A stretch of 64,000 nucleotides of DNA from Octopus bimaculoides (lineage: Eukaryota): the NCBI RefSeq assembly GCF_001194135.2, contig NC_068998.1:27033151-27097150 (forward strand). The letters are read 5' to 3'. The notes under the pieces are model-generated. The model was not told the DNA's origin. It saw only the letters and a list, made by a program, of their open reading frames with translations, and did not search any database. Positions 13,560-27,098 of the stretch are shown one piece after another. The stretch's first letter is position 1. Every line of letters starts with the position of its first letter. The translations under genes were made by a program, and so were the position numbers.

Positions 13560-16500
13560 ATTCACTCATTCCTCAACATCTTGCAAGCCAATCTTTCTAG
13601 CATCAGTTTGCAGTTGATATTTGCTTAGATGCAATTTGAGAGATTGTGCTAGATTTGAATAAAAAAAAGAGCTAAGGACAAACTTTTATATGCATTTGGT
13701 TCTTCAATTTTATTAGTAGCTCTCAGTAGATGCTTGAATGCTGACGGAGTGACAGGACATAGGTTCGGTGGTTTGACCGACCAGAGCTCTTTTGACATTC
13801 ACATGCAACTCCAAATGGAAATAAATTAAAGAATTGCTCCTTCTGGGCTAAACATACATTCACAGGCAAGATCTCGCCGCCACGATTTTCCACTTAAAAA
13901 CTGAAATTATGGATTTGGTTAGAAAGTGTCAATTATTTGGGCCGATCAGGTATCACATGTATGCAATGGAATGGCAAATATGAGGTCCTGCCATATGATC
14001 TTGATAACCATCATGTTAAACATCTTGATCTGGTTAACAAATAAGTTTCACTCCAGTAAAACTGGCTATATCGTATCAACAGAGCTATCGGGGACCAAAT
14101 GCAGTTCAATATTGTTAAAATCCAAATGGTCTTTGGCCCCTATGTTGCCTTCAGCATGAATTGACCTTGTAATGAAGAGAAAAAGTGCACCAAATGGTTT
14201 TCAAAGCCATATGTCAAGGAAGCTTAAAAAGGTGAATCCCTCTTAAGGAAGATCATCAGAGGATGAGTGTTTCCAAATATTAAAGAGCATGAAATTGACA
14301 GCAGAGGGATACTTGCTAACTGCCCGTTCTGGGACAAGAGTTTTGCAATCCAATAAAGTCCAGTAAATATGTTTGAAAATATATCAGGGTCTCTGACGCT
14401 ACAAGCTTTGCTCTAACAGAGAAAAACAGCTCTGGTGAAGTTACTCTATTCCAACAGTGACGACACATCAGCAGCAATGAGGCTTTCTGACACTTTTACG
14501 TCTCTTAATCATGACAGATGCATTAGCATTTAACAACCTACTGTTAACTTCTAAACTGGCGAACGAGCTTACTTCACTTCGGAGACTCCTACACATCAAA
14601 TACAATATCCGAGAGAAACAACGCTCGCAGCCTTTTTCAAGTTATGTCAGCATGATCTCTTTGCAAAAACTGTTGAAGGCTATCTCCTGATATAAACTTT
14701 GACAGTGCCATTGTAAAAATGTATACTGTATACGCCAGTCAACATGAATGTTTCTTGTTACGACTTCTAATTGAAGTGCGAGGTTTAAACTTGATTTCAA
14801 GATCTTCGAACAAAAAATTGCGACATCTGCACTACCTCCATGCTCTAAACTTGGATTACTAGAGAATGATGACAAGTAGGATAAAACCTTTTCAGCAGCA
14901 TCTATATCTCAAACAGCTTAGATTATTAGGACTCTTTTCACTATAACATTAAAATGCGGTAATCCATCCAGTCCACTTCAACTTTGTCTCAAGAATCGCA
15001 AAAACCGCGCTGAAGATTTCAAGCTTCAATCTCAACAAGTGTACCCCGGCATAGAAATAGAATTCACGGATGAAATCCGTTACGAAGTCCTTAATGGGAT
15101 TGAAAAGAAGCTCAGGGACATATTTGGTGAAGAACTTCAAGCATATGGCTTCCCCCTGTTTTATCACACTGTAGTCAAAATCCTGTCAGTATAAATTTTG
15201 AGAAGACATCATATAACAGCATATATCAATGACAATCAACACAACGTTAAGCAAAGGGTAGTCTATTCTGCTCTTTTTGACATGGTCCAGGAGCATAAAG
15301 GTGGAATTTGCTTTCTTGACGCTACTGGAGATATCAGAAAGGTATTCCTACTCAATCCGTCAAAATAAAAGCAGAACTATTACTGTTACTTCTTCAGATA
15401 TTGTTTCCAAACTCCCAGATATTGTTTCCAAACTCCCAGATATTGTTTCCGAACTCCCATACAACACAATATCCTCAGATATTGTTTCCAAACTCCCATA
15501 CAACACTTTCTGGGATTGAACACAATTGATGCATCTGTTTTTAACATTGCCAACTCGACAACTCCAGGATGAAGGCACAACGACTCACAAGAGTGCTCGG
15601 GGNNNNNNNNNNNNNNNNNNNNNNNNNNNNNNNNNNNNNNNNNNNNNNNNNNNNNNNNNNNNNNNNNNNNNNNNNNNNNNNNNNNNNNNNGACTTGCGTG
15701 GAATTACAGCTGAAATTGACAAAGAAGTAATGGTATTGTCAGAGACTTCCGTCAGATCCTGTCAGTAACTCCAAAAGGAACACAAGTGAATAAAATCCGT
15801 TTTTCACCATCATTTTGGAGCAAAGTTAAATTTTTCAAACTGGCTACAAAGATGTGTGTCCGTCTTTTTGGAGATCGGTTGTCTTGTCAGTTTGCCAAAG
15901 ATTTGTTACAAGTTGGAGAGGGAATATTTTCTTCCGACAGTAATGGTGCCATGGAGCCAGTTCTTATGAGCACAATGGTTAAGGCAACAGAAATTCTGAT
16001 GTTCCCCTACTTGCAGCATCATTACCTTACCTACGAGTAACTATATGAATGAGCAATATTTGCACCTAAAAATGTCACCATTAACACCATCATCTGGCAG
16101 TTACGGCGAGCTCTTCCAGAAATTACTCATTGCTACAATTCAAAGACACAACTGCGGATCAGGACAAGACAGTCCACTGTCTTATAGAATTTTAAATTCC
16201 TTGGAGCCACAAGGCTTACCACTACATGGGCCTCAACTTAAAACAGGCTCACCAGTAATGCTGCTGCGTTATTTTGGTTGCCCTTGGCTATACAATAACA
16301 CATGATTACAGGTTAAAAAGTTTATACCACACGTCATTGAGGCCGCCGCTATTTTTATTGGGTGCATCAATGGATTTGATGCTACAATACCAGAATTCCA
16401 TTCATTCCAACAGTTTTCCCCTTTCCATTTAGAAAACTTCATTTTCCGGTACACCTAAGCTTTGCTATGTTGAGCAATAACTAACTCTCAAGGTCAAACA

Positions 16501-16657
16501 CTGAGAGTTACTGGAGGGCATCTTGAAGAATTCTGATTTGCTTATGACTGATTTTATGACAGATATTCAAGAGTTAGAAGCCCATAAAATCTATTTAATT
16601 ATTTATCCCCCTAAGGATAACACAAAAGACATTGTGAATCATGAGGTGTTGACATGA
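13560..16657 (+). pseudogene. Helitron Rep/PIF1-helicase relic with many stops and frameshifts
   Basis: Ordered motifs: HQFAVDI (13601); LTFTCNSKW*IKELL...RQDLAATIFHLK (Rep motif 1 region); MYAMEWQI*G (HUH-motif region, cf. EWQKRGLPH); GGICFLDATGDIRKVFLLN (Walker A, ~15300); SQGQTLRV...YSRV; C-terminal TKDIVNHEVLT* (16622-16657). Confidence 0.9.
15398..15510 (+). repeat. 21-bp in-frame tandem repeat inside the Helitron helicase
   Basis: GATATTGTTTCCAAACTCCCA repeated; translates as DIVSKLP repeats. Confidence 0.9.
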
Positions 16658-16784
16658 CAGTGTTATAAATCTCAATCTTACCTTCACATATTATAAGACT
16701 GGTTTTATTTCAATAGATGATTTACATCATGATGCTCTGATATCTTCTCATTTCTAAAATTATTTCAAGAATTACTTAGCGGTT

Positions 16785-16925
16785 CAACTAAAGAGACTAA
16801 TAGAACAAGTACTAGGTTTTTTTTTTTAAATAAGTACAGGGGTCGATTTATTTGACTAAAAGTCCTTCAATGCAATGCCTCAGCATTGCTGCAGTCTAAT
16901 GACTAAAGACATGTATAAGATAAAA
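16785..16925 (+). mobile_element. SINE family B, 3' half
   Basis: ACTTAGCGGTTC...AAGTAC..GGGGTCGATT...GCAGTCTAATGACT matches the 3' part of 50128-50522. Confidence 0.8.
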
Positions 16926-16999
16926 AGATAAACTTACAAATTTCAAGCATATAAAACAAAATGTTACTTTCAATAATAGTTTTAAATTACATATTCTCA

Positions 17000-17292
17000 G
17001 GCTCCAGCCTTGCGGCATCTGCCGCAAACCACGGTTTCACTGCCTGTGATGCAGAGGAGACAAAAATCAATAATTACATGAACCTGGCCGGCCGCTATCA
17101 GTTTGTGCCTATCACCGTCGAGACGTCAGATGTTCTAGAACCCCGTACTACCGATTTCCTCTACAAAATAAGGATAACAGTGGCCCGTCGAAGAAATGAG
17201 CTCCATGAGGTGGAGTGGATACTGTAGCGAGAGTCGCTGACTATTCTCCGCGGCAACGTCATAGCAGTCATTACCGCGGGGCACAGATGAGC
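17000..17292 (+). mobile_element. CRE-clade-like non-LTR retrotransposon 3' end (RLE domain)
   Basis: AASAANHGFTACDAEETKINNYMNLAGRYQFVPITVETSDVLEPRTTDFL...EWIL*RESLTILRGNVIAVI matches the CRE-type pattern AE..K..KY..L...Y.FVP.AVET.G..G.....FL....QRLS.AI.RGNA. There is one in-frame TAG where Q is expected. Confidence 0.7.
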
Positions 17293-17693
17293 ACCCCTCT
17301 TGTTCTTTTTTTCTTCCTCATTTCTTTTCTGCTATTATTATTATTATTATTATTATTAGTAGTAGTAGTAGTAGTAGTAGTAGTAGCAGTAGTAGTAGTA
17401 GTAAATTAATTAAAACAGTTTTCACTTTTATTTCACCCTGTATTTTTATTGCACATGGATTGGGCAGATGACATTTATAGAATTAGATTATGAAATATAG
17501 TTTTCATATTCGTTACACACTGGACGACTCTGATAAACGTAGAGGAAAAACATATATTTTCTAACATGGAAATGAATTTTCGTGAGAAATCAAATAATGC
17601 TTTATTAAACCGGATATACCTTCATTAAGAACAACTTTGAGTTATTTATGCTTACTTTTCATTTTGGGCAACGCCTCGTATTCNNNNNNNNNN

Positions 17694-17736
<43 letters not shown>

Positions 17737-17899
17737 TATATGTTTGCTTGTGTTAGTGTATGAGTGAATGCCTGTGTGTATGTGTTTATACGAATACAGA
17801 GTGTGTATTACCAAATGAATTGATAATGAAAATACATATATACATGAACTAATAATGAAGACACACACACTCACACACACGCACACACACACACACACA

Positions 17900-17931
<32 letters not shown>

Positions 17932-18059
17932 TACACACATACACGCGCGCGCGCGCACGTGCACAAACAGAATACTTGCGTTGAATATGAATTACTCAAT
18001 GTTGATCTTAATGTATGTTTGTGTTTGTGCATATGTATGTCCATCTCTATTATCATATG

Positions 18060-18620
18060 AATCGATAATGAAGATCGTAACATTATTGAAAGTTCACGCG
18101 ATTTGCTATTTGTTGAATTTTAGCCGTCCTTTACAAAACACTCCCTATAATTCCTTAGAGTATGGCATTATTCTTACCTTTATCAGTGAAGCTGATATGA
18201 AAGCCATAACGCAGGCCTTAAAGTTTCTGTATTTGTTTGATAATATCCCCTGGGTAAAGGAGAAAGGCGAACCGTTGTTTGATGTCTTGACTGGTAGTTT
18301 GACGAAGCTGAGTTAATAGGCTCGTACATTCTATACATGCTTCAAACAAATGTAACGCTTTAGATACAGGTTTATACTTCCTAATATGAACGGCAACTGT
18401 CTAGACAGATTTTAAAAGATTGAAAGAAACTTTCAAAGCATTTCATTGAAAGATAACTATCAGAATTAACATAACTGTGGTAAACTTTCTACTTATAAAC
18501 TTTAGACTCCAAGACTGACAAGTACCATATATATGAAAATTTAATGAAAAATTACATTAATATGCATTCTAACAACGACACAAAAGTCATAAAGCTTCAC
18601 TCAGAAAGATTAACAGACGT
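18060..18620 (+). mobile_element. Penelope-like RT fragment (Naiad-like), degraded
   Basis: WVKEKGEPLFDVLTGS...EAELIGSYILY, then INITVVNFL, then YINMHSN resemble the PLE pattern W.KK.G...FDVTMGSFDGAE.CELVGLYIL...VNFLD...YIN..SNHP. Confidence 0.75.
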
Positions 18621-18739
18621 CTCACAAAGACACCTTCAGGCGAGGTATCATTTAATAGTGTTACAGACTACTAGTTCAGGAGTTCTTCGCCTAACCCCAT
18701 TGTGTTATTACCTTCACTGTTGAAATACACGTGATGCAA

Positions 18740-19320
18740 TACTTTCTCTTTCTGTTGCTCAGTAGGTTGTCTAAGTGATACAGTTTGGCATTAAAGACCA
18801 GAGAGTGATCTTATGCCTCTACCTTTTTCCTCCGCTTAAAATTGGCCAAACCAATGTCATTTGTAAATATGGAAGCTACCCGTTGTTGTTTGTACCTACT
18901 AGTCTTGATGTCAAAGTTATAGATTTCTTCTAGAGTCCAGTCTAATGTGCCAAATGTTAGTAGTAGCACTGTCACTACGAAAGTGTTGCGGGATGTGGTT
19001 TTATGGAATGCAGGTGGTTCTGTCTTTCATACTTTCCAAATTCTGCTGAAATAGTATTTTGTTATTAACTTTACTCACAGCACCAACTTATGCAATTTTC
19101 TCATTGATTCTGAGATATTTTGGGCATAAATGTGAGGAAGATAGATCAGGTGGCTGGTAAATATATTCATGTCTGGTCGGAAATATTTTTTATTTAACTA
19201 CCAAATATGAACACTTATTCTAACCAATGGCAAAGCCTTTCATGCAGCAAATTATCATTTGTGGGTTTCATACAAAAACTGCGACTGAAGACCCTACGTT
19301 CTAAAAGTTTCTTATGATGA
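18740..19320 (-). mobile_element. R4/Dong-like LINE RT fragment, degraded
   Basis: Minus-strand NTFVVTVLLLTFGTLDWTLEEIYNFDIKT (cf. NxFAVPVLxxTFGILDWT.EEI..LDIKTRK), with upstream KYLRINE. Confidence 0.65.
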
Positions 19321-19889
19321 CTCAGTTTTTCACTTGGCGCTCGTAGTTCGTGTTTAACGGGCAATTAGCTTATCCGTTGGTACCTCGTCCCCAGTTTTCG
19401 TAGACCTTAGATAATCACTCATAAAGTGGCAGCTGGTGGTTCGTGAATTTATTATTCATTCGACACTTGATGATAACATCTTATTGTTCAATATTATTTG
19501 AGTCTGCCGGCTTGTGCATATATGCTCCATGCTCTTGGATACAGCCTTACACCGAGGTAGTTGAAATTTTACACAGAGGCACAAATTTTCATAGAGAAGT
19601 ATTAAGCTGTATGAAAATTTAAAACTACTTAAGTTTATCAATAATATAGGGAAATGTTTCTTGCTTATTTTTGTTTTGTTTTGTTTTTGCTTTTCTGCAA
19701 TGAAGAAGGAAAAGTGACAGTGTACACAGTTATATGATGGGCGAAAAAAAACAATTACAAACAACAGTATTCTTTACTGATATCTGCTGTCGATATGTGT
19801 ATGTACATATAGGAAATTATTATTTTTAATGAGGAACGTGTATTTCCAATGTGTAAAACTTGATTTTCTAAACTAAAATCTTAACCTTT

Positions 19890-20015
19890 TCTACTTAAGG
19901 CATAAGGCCCGAAATTTTTAGGGATGTTGACAGTCGATTAGATCGACCCCAGTACACAGCTGATATTTAATTTATGGGCCCCGAAAGGAAGAAAGGCAAA
20001 ATCGGCCTCGGCGGC
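19890..20015 (-). mobile_element. SINE family C, partial
   Basis: AAGGCCCGAAATTTT...GTCGATTAGATCGACCCCAGTAC...GAAAGGCAAAATCGGCCTCGGCGG. Confidence 0.8.
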
Positions 20016-22969
20016 TTAAATGAGAATAACAGATATTTCAACTTTAATAAGAGTCAGTGACAGATGTCAAAGTCTATGTGGGTTGCAATTAGAAGAACAC
20101 GTATTTTCTCATAGACAACTCTCAGTTGAAAGTTCAGAGGCTTTTTTCAACACAGTAGATGCGGGAAAAAAACTGTTTCCTCCATGAAACTCTTTACTGC
20201 TAATGGTTGGTATGTGTTTTGCCACAAGTCAATATTGTGAAAATATAAATATTTTATTAATAATATAATGTTCAATAATTAAATGGTATTTTAAACAATA
20301 TTTGCATATTTATGAGGGGGAAGCAGCCATTTTTATTTGCTATACTTATTATAATAAGTGTTTATGGCTCAACAGTTAGAAATACAACTTTTAGCGTATG
20401 ACCGAAATCATTTTTAGTCCAGCTTTCTTCAAAGGGTCGAACGATAAAAAGCTTATAAGATCACTGAAACAGAAGATCATTTGAAAAGGCTGGTAATGAT
20501 TCGCAAAAGAAATGCTACAGTAGGGGAATATGAAACCAAATACCAAAGACAAGTCTTCTCGAATGGATGAAGCTAAGTAATCAAACAAGAGAAAAATAAA
20601 AAGGAGAAAGAGGGTATTATCTTCAAGAAGTCAGCACCCAAAATCAAACATTTAAAAGGGGGAAATGGCCAGTTAAAGGAGAACAGCACTTAATTATAAA
20701 GCATAGGTTATTAATATGATTCAGTTGTTTCTATGTGCTTTGTGGAGTGAAAAAGTAGAAAGAAGTTTTATATATATACTGTCTAACTGGGAGGGTAAAA
20801 TGACAACCCATATCAATAACCCCAAAGCCACAAGCCAGTTGTTTAAAGGAAGTACAACAGAATCAAATGACTTCCTTTCTAAGGCAAAAGATAAGATATT
20901 TGATGCTAAATGACTTCTTTTGAAGTAACAGGATATGATAAAGGAAAATGGGTGGCTACATTCAAAATATAAACGCAATTTTATCCATAGGCAAGATCAA
21001 TTTATCCTTCCAATTCCAAATCGTGATATACTCACAAACGGGGATAAATCAATGCTAATGGCAACATTCCAGATGATTTTGAGGAACTTGTCTTTGACAT
21101 TCAGGTAATGATGCAATACAATGATTATGTGAAGAAATTTAAAACTACTCTTGAAAATAAGGATAAAACGGATATGGACGTTATCATATATACATATATA
21201 CAAAATGCCCTCTTGGGAACATGAACGTCGTTTTAATACTCTCATTTACTATGTGGATGTCATTTTAATTGTTACATAAGAGTTTCAAGAAGAGACGTAA
21301 TTCTTTAGAAATGTGACCAATCTTTCATCGGAATATCAGAAGCACACTGTTCATATGATCGATGGGAATACCTTCTTATGTTTTGTTTGAATGTATTGCG
21401 GTTAAGTTGGTGGGGTCTTTGATTAACAGTATCAAAGCTATTGATGTACCAGAGCAGGCTCATGTACTTGAGAAAAGAGCCAAGAAGTTTTGTATAAAAC
21501 TTCGTCAAAGCTAGAGAAATATATAATTGTGGGCTTCAGATCAACTTCTTTAAACGCCTCTTAAAAAGTAGTGTCACCCCTAAGAGGATCATAAACCTTC
21601 ACTAATCCAAATGTTTAGCTCTCCTGGATTTCAAAATGCCCTGACTTTCATACACAATATATGCATCAAGAAACTCCTGTGGTATCTTTATAAATTATTC
21701 ACCAATACATCAGATAACTTCCAGAATGGATATCATAAAAGCGGACATCCAAACTAGATAACCTCTCTTGTAATAGGGAATTTACTTTCATTTCCACTCT
21801 CACTCCTTCATAATGTTAATTTTCTCTTACCAGAAGAATTAAATCCAAAGAGTTATCTCTCAGTATCAAATATTCCAGACTAAAGAATGTTTTAGTACAT
21901 CACCTGACCGATGTCAGCCAATGAAAATAGATTCTAACCGTTGTTTCTTAAAAACCCACACCAAGTTTCTTTCGTTCGTCTTTTTGTTGCCTGGCTTATC
22001 TCAAATTGCATGAAACTATCGGTAGACACGAAGAGGATTATAAGCTTCTTCCTGAATAAATGAACTCTGGCATATTTTTTGAGTACTCTGTTATTCGTTT
22101 GTACCTCCAAACATCTATTTACGTGCGTACCTGTGCGAATCTGCATGCTCTTATATATCTGTATATATTATGTAAGCGTATACAGGCATACATACATACA
22201 TATATATATATATATGCGTGTGTGTGTATGTATATATAAATATACATGTATGTGTGTGTGTGTGTGTGTGTGTATATANNNNNNNNNNTATATACATACA
22301 TACATACATACATATGTGCATATATATATGAATATATATATGTACATATATGTACATGTATATGTAAATATATATATGTGCATGCATATTTGCATATCTA
22401 TATAAGCATATGTATATAAGCGCACGTGCGCGCACACTCACACACAGAATGATAAATGCCACAATGGCCGATACGTGTCGCTAGCCTAAATCAATTAACT
22501 AATGCTTAAACTAATATTAGTAGATTGTTGTTTGCCAGACAAATTCCTCTGTGTAGATCCGAGATACACTGCCAATCAAGTAAACCGTCTCTTATAACTT
22601 GCCGCAGAAATCAATAAATGCTATTGAGATCGGTCCCTTAGAAAGAAGCTGACACTAAATCTAGAAAGCGGACAATTTATTCATATATACTTGGATGTTT
22701 GGGTAGGTAGGCAAGTCAGGACAGACGATAAGAAAATTGAATATCTAATTACTGATCTTACTAATGTAAACTGCAGGCCAGTATCTATTATCATATGTGT
22801 TGTTGCTGCTGCTGCTGTTGCTGTTGTAGCTGTTGTTGTTGTTGTTGTTGTTGTTGCTGTTGTTGTTGCTATTTGCAGTGAACAGACATATTTAATAGAG
22901 TTCTGGAGAAAAATTAAATTTTACCATGTTTACTTGGAGTGGGGAAATAGAGTTTGTCCTTGAAAAAGA

Positions 22970-23002
<33 letters not shown>

Positions 23003-24607
23003 CAGCAGCAGAAGCAGCAGCAGAAGCAGCAGCAGCAGCTGTTGCTGCTGCTGTTGCAAGGAGAACGCTTTGACCAGGGACAAGTCAGTGTACTTGAAAC
23101 TCGGCACTTGGAGAGACAATTCCACGCCAGTCATTATCGTGGATCACTGGAGTTATGACCTGTTTTATTTTATTTAGGCTCCAGATAAATAGGAAACTGT
23201 GAAGAGAACACGACTCCAGATCTCCAGATAGATAGGAAACTGTGAAGAGAACACGACTCATCTTATAAGACAATAAACTGAAAGTTCTCCTTGATATATT
23301 GAGCAAATATGGCAAGCAGATCACCTCTGTAATATATTATCAAATGATAAGCGTCCCTTGACCAAGCATATATTTGATCTGGTCTTAACTTTTTGCAAAG
23401 AGACAAGATTTCCTTGGTTTGATGGTCCATCTGTTGTCTACGCCTTCTGCGACTGAGTATGGCGGTCAGACTTTTTTCAAGTATCTATAAGCATTCTTGG
23501 AAACGTCACGTTGGTTTGTACTAGAGTATTTTGAACGAAGTTAGAATTGCGTGACGGTTAGCTGATAGGATAGCTTCGAGGACTTGCTCAGATAGTTCCA
23601 ACTACGTGGCAAGTGCCAACGAGAATCTTTAAAAATGCCAATGTAAACTTCTAGACCGTATTTAATCAGAGTGTTTGAGAAGTCAGCTGTTAAAGAGTCC
23701 AAAATTTGGGTTGGCTTGCCATGCAGGCTATATTTTTTGTTATCATCACTATCAACGTAGGATATATATCCAGGGCTCCGGTTACCGGAAGTTGGATGCT
23801 TCCTCCTAGAAAGCATAAACAGACGTGATTAGCAAACTAGTGAAGCAGAACCGGGATGATTGCCAACAACCTTCAGAAGAGAACCATGAGAGTAGAATGG
23901 ACAGGATGTAGCAAAGAAGTAGCAACGGGAAACAATGAATTAAAGGGACGTTGGTTAATAGATTACATGAAGCAATTAGAAATGGCTTCGAGGATGACGT
24001 TATGTTGACGAAAGTGGTGCTTCATTATTTCTTCGACTCAAAACACGAAGTTTGAGTTATCAGAGCTAAAGTAAGTCCCCTTCGATATGAGGGAACGAAA
24101 ACTGTGTGATGGCCTCGAATGGCAGAGGCGTGACGTGAAATCAAATTTACACTTCGGTTTACAACGGACCTCAACAACCACGAACTATTCGATTGCATGC
24201 AGATGTGCAGATGGAGCACTTATCCTGAGAGTTTGGGGTACTTTTGGATCAGAGTCGTGAGCTTTAATGATTATATTGACAGTCTCTCTTTCGTTCGTAT
24301 GTGCGGAATTGGTTACCATTTATCCATGGCATGTTTGATGCATTTACATTTAGTGGTAACTACCTCAGTTAAGACTTGTATTTATTGGAACCGCGTGTAG
24401 AAAATTGTCAAAAATACCGACAATAGATTGCCGCTAACACTGAAGAGCTTTTAAAGAGATGAACGAGGAGAAAATACGGAGTTTCTTCATGAGATAATGA
24501 AGGCGACACTATGAGAAGTAGTGCTTAGATGGAAAAACGTACATTTTGGGGTATAGAACTATAGTGAAGGAATGCTTGTCCTTGAGGGAGAAAGTAGTAG
24601 TAGCAGC

Positions 24608-24660
<53 letters not shown>

Positions 24661-26746
24661 CAGCAGCAGCAGCAGTCTTTGTTGTTGTTATAGTAGCATA
24701 TTTCTCTAAGTTGACCTCAGCTGAGTACAACTTAAGCTGAGTATTACTGAGTTTTAACTTCATATCAGGAATAAAATTTCATGTATAATTACAAAGTTAA
24801 AGTTATATTAAATAAATTTAGCTTTTGAAATTCAGGTAAATTTTATATAAGCTGTCATTTTCCGACAAATTTACCGACATAAACTACATGGAAGCTCTTA
24901 AAAATCTGATGGATAAGCAAAAGCTAAAAATGTAATTGGTAATCAGCTTAACCGCAGTAATTGTCAGCGGTAGCCATTTTTGTGATTACATATACTCTTC
25001 TTTGTGTGTCTGCATGTATGTCTATGTGTCTTTGATGTATGTATGTATGTATGTATATGTGTATGCTTTCGATATATGTTTCTATGTGTGTATGTGTGCT
25101 GTATTACTGTGATATGAAAGTGTATTTGATATCTACATTACATATATTTGTATCTATTTCTATGTTATTATATCCACGTGTTATTGTATATACATTTATA
25201 TATATCATCTGCATATGTTTGTGTATATGATTGTGTTTCGCCTGTACACTTGTTTATGCGTTGACTTTGATTCGCTACACACCACTCTTATCCTCGATCA
25301 ATTTTAACAAGTTTATATTTAATTTTATTTTGATTTATCTCGAACCTAGAACCCTAAGGTTTATTGCTTACTGAACTAGCTGTATGGCACTGCTGTAATC
25401 TAATCTGATTTTATGAATTCTATAAGAATTTACTAAGACTTGCTTCTGATGTGTGACAGCAACTGGGTGTTCCTTTAATTTGTCAACTTATATTAATTAT
25501 TCTCGGCAATATTTAATTGCAAATCAGTGTTTCAGAGCAACTTTAGAATAAAACTTTGACAATAAAACCTATTCAGATTAAAAACCACATTTTATCTTGT
25601 CACTTGTATTTATTGAACAAGAAATTAGATATCTTGGTGTGGTATTTAATTATATATACTACCATTGTGGCAGCATATATTTCTGGTTTGTGTTACATGT
25701 AAGCTGATAGCTATTTGTGTGTTTAAGCAATTAGTAACATATTTGTCATTGAAAGCAGCTGATACTATTGCAGTTTACGTTATAAATGTTGTTAAGATCG
25801 ATTTTTATAGATCCAGGATGTAATTTATTAGTTCTGATATCGAAACCAACAATGACTCTTTCCTTGCTAATAAATGTGAACACAACTTTGGGGGACGGAC
25901 AACAGATTTTTTAAGATTTTGCATAGTTTTTCTATAGTTTTGTACCGCTGGAATAGTAACTTAGCTTCATATAGAGACTAGCACGAAGAATAGTTTCTAG
26001 AGTCCATTCAATGCATATAAACTTTAAAATTATTACGACTATTTTATAGATAAGACAAATAATACAAGTTCTCTCCTTTCAGCACAAACTTTTGGAGTTT
26101 CCTAGGCAAAACTTAAGATCTTCGGAAAACTAGGAAACCCGAATAATGTATTGAAATATAACCGATTCAACATTTGCATATTCTGAGGAATAGTGAGAGC
26201 ACTTGAAGTTACATTTGATGAAGAGCAGAATGACGTCGGAGGGAGATGACTTTGAAGAAATGAAGAAAGCGTCTTCCCATGAATGATGAGGATTTTATAA
26301 ATGTTACAAACATCTACATTTCATTGGTGCGAAACACCAAGAGCGGTATTGGACACACTAGCTGTCCACTTTGTTCCACATGTTATGCTGTACATGCGAG
26401 ATTTATTATTCGACCTTCAGCACCCGTTGGCCCAGATATTCGCAGCGTCTCCTATATNNNNNNNNNNNNNNNNNNNNNNNNNNNNNNNNNNNNNNNNNNN
26501 NNNNNNNNNNNNNNNNNNNNNNNNNNNNNNNNNNNNNNNNNNNNNNNNNNNNNNNNNNNNNNNNNNNNNNNNNNNNNNNNNNNNNNNNNNNNNNNNNNNN
26601 NNNNNNNNNNNNNNNNNNNNNNNNNNNNNNNNNNNNNNNNNNNNNNNNNNNNNNNNNNNNNNNNNNNNNNNNNNNNNNNNNNNNNNNNNNNNNNNNNNNN
26701 NNNNNNNNNNNNNNNNNNNNNNNNNNNNNNNNNNNNNNNNNNNNNN

Positions 26747-26808
<62 letters not shown>

Positions 26809-26910
26809 TATCTATTTCTATCACTGTTTCTCTCTCACCCTCTCTCCCTCTCTCTCTCTCTATCTCTTTCTCTCTTTCTCTTTCTCTCTCCTTTCTCTTT
26901 CTCTTTCTAG

Positions 26911-27098
26911 AATAGCCTCTGCTCTTCGGTCCTGCCTGGCTGGCCTCATGCCGCCTCCACTCTAGGCTTCCGACGTTTCCATCTCGCATCCTCTCTCAAT
27001 GTATCCAACAATCCCTCGCATTATTTACAACATCCTGTCCTTCCTTCCTACAACACCGGCCCTCTGAAATTTTCTCACAGCTCCTGTCTCTCCTTCAG
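26911..27098 (+). CDS. Candidate internal exon of an unidentified gene
   Basis: Long polypyrimidine tract ending TTCTAG|, then 188 nt open in frame 0 (NSLCSSVLPGWPHAASTLGFRRFHLASSLNVSNNPSHYLQHPVLPSYNTGPLKFSHSSCLSF), then CAG|GTAACT. GC-richer than its flanks. No homology recognised. Confidence 0.3.

Noticed and set aside
23176-23260. 43-bp direct duplication; also an 18-bp x3 repeat at ~38398-38450 and an imperfect 28-bp palindrome at 24707-24734
   Set aside because: Small local slippage or chance structures with no further support. They are not CRISPR-like (no spacers or cas genes; eukaryotic DNA).
23340-24500. Possible RTE-X (minus) and CR1/L2 (plus) LINE relics
   Set aside because: Weak partial motifs only (e.g. 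LTAILSRRRRR; EGDTM); not enough to call.
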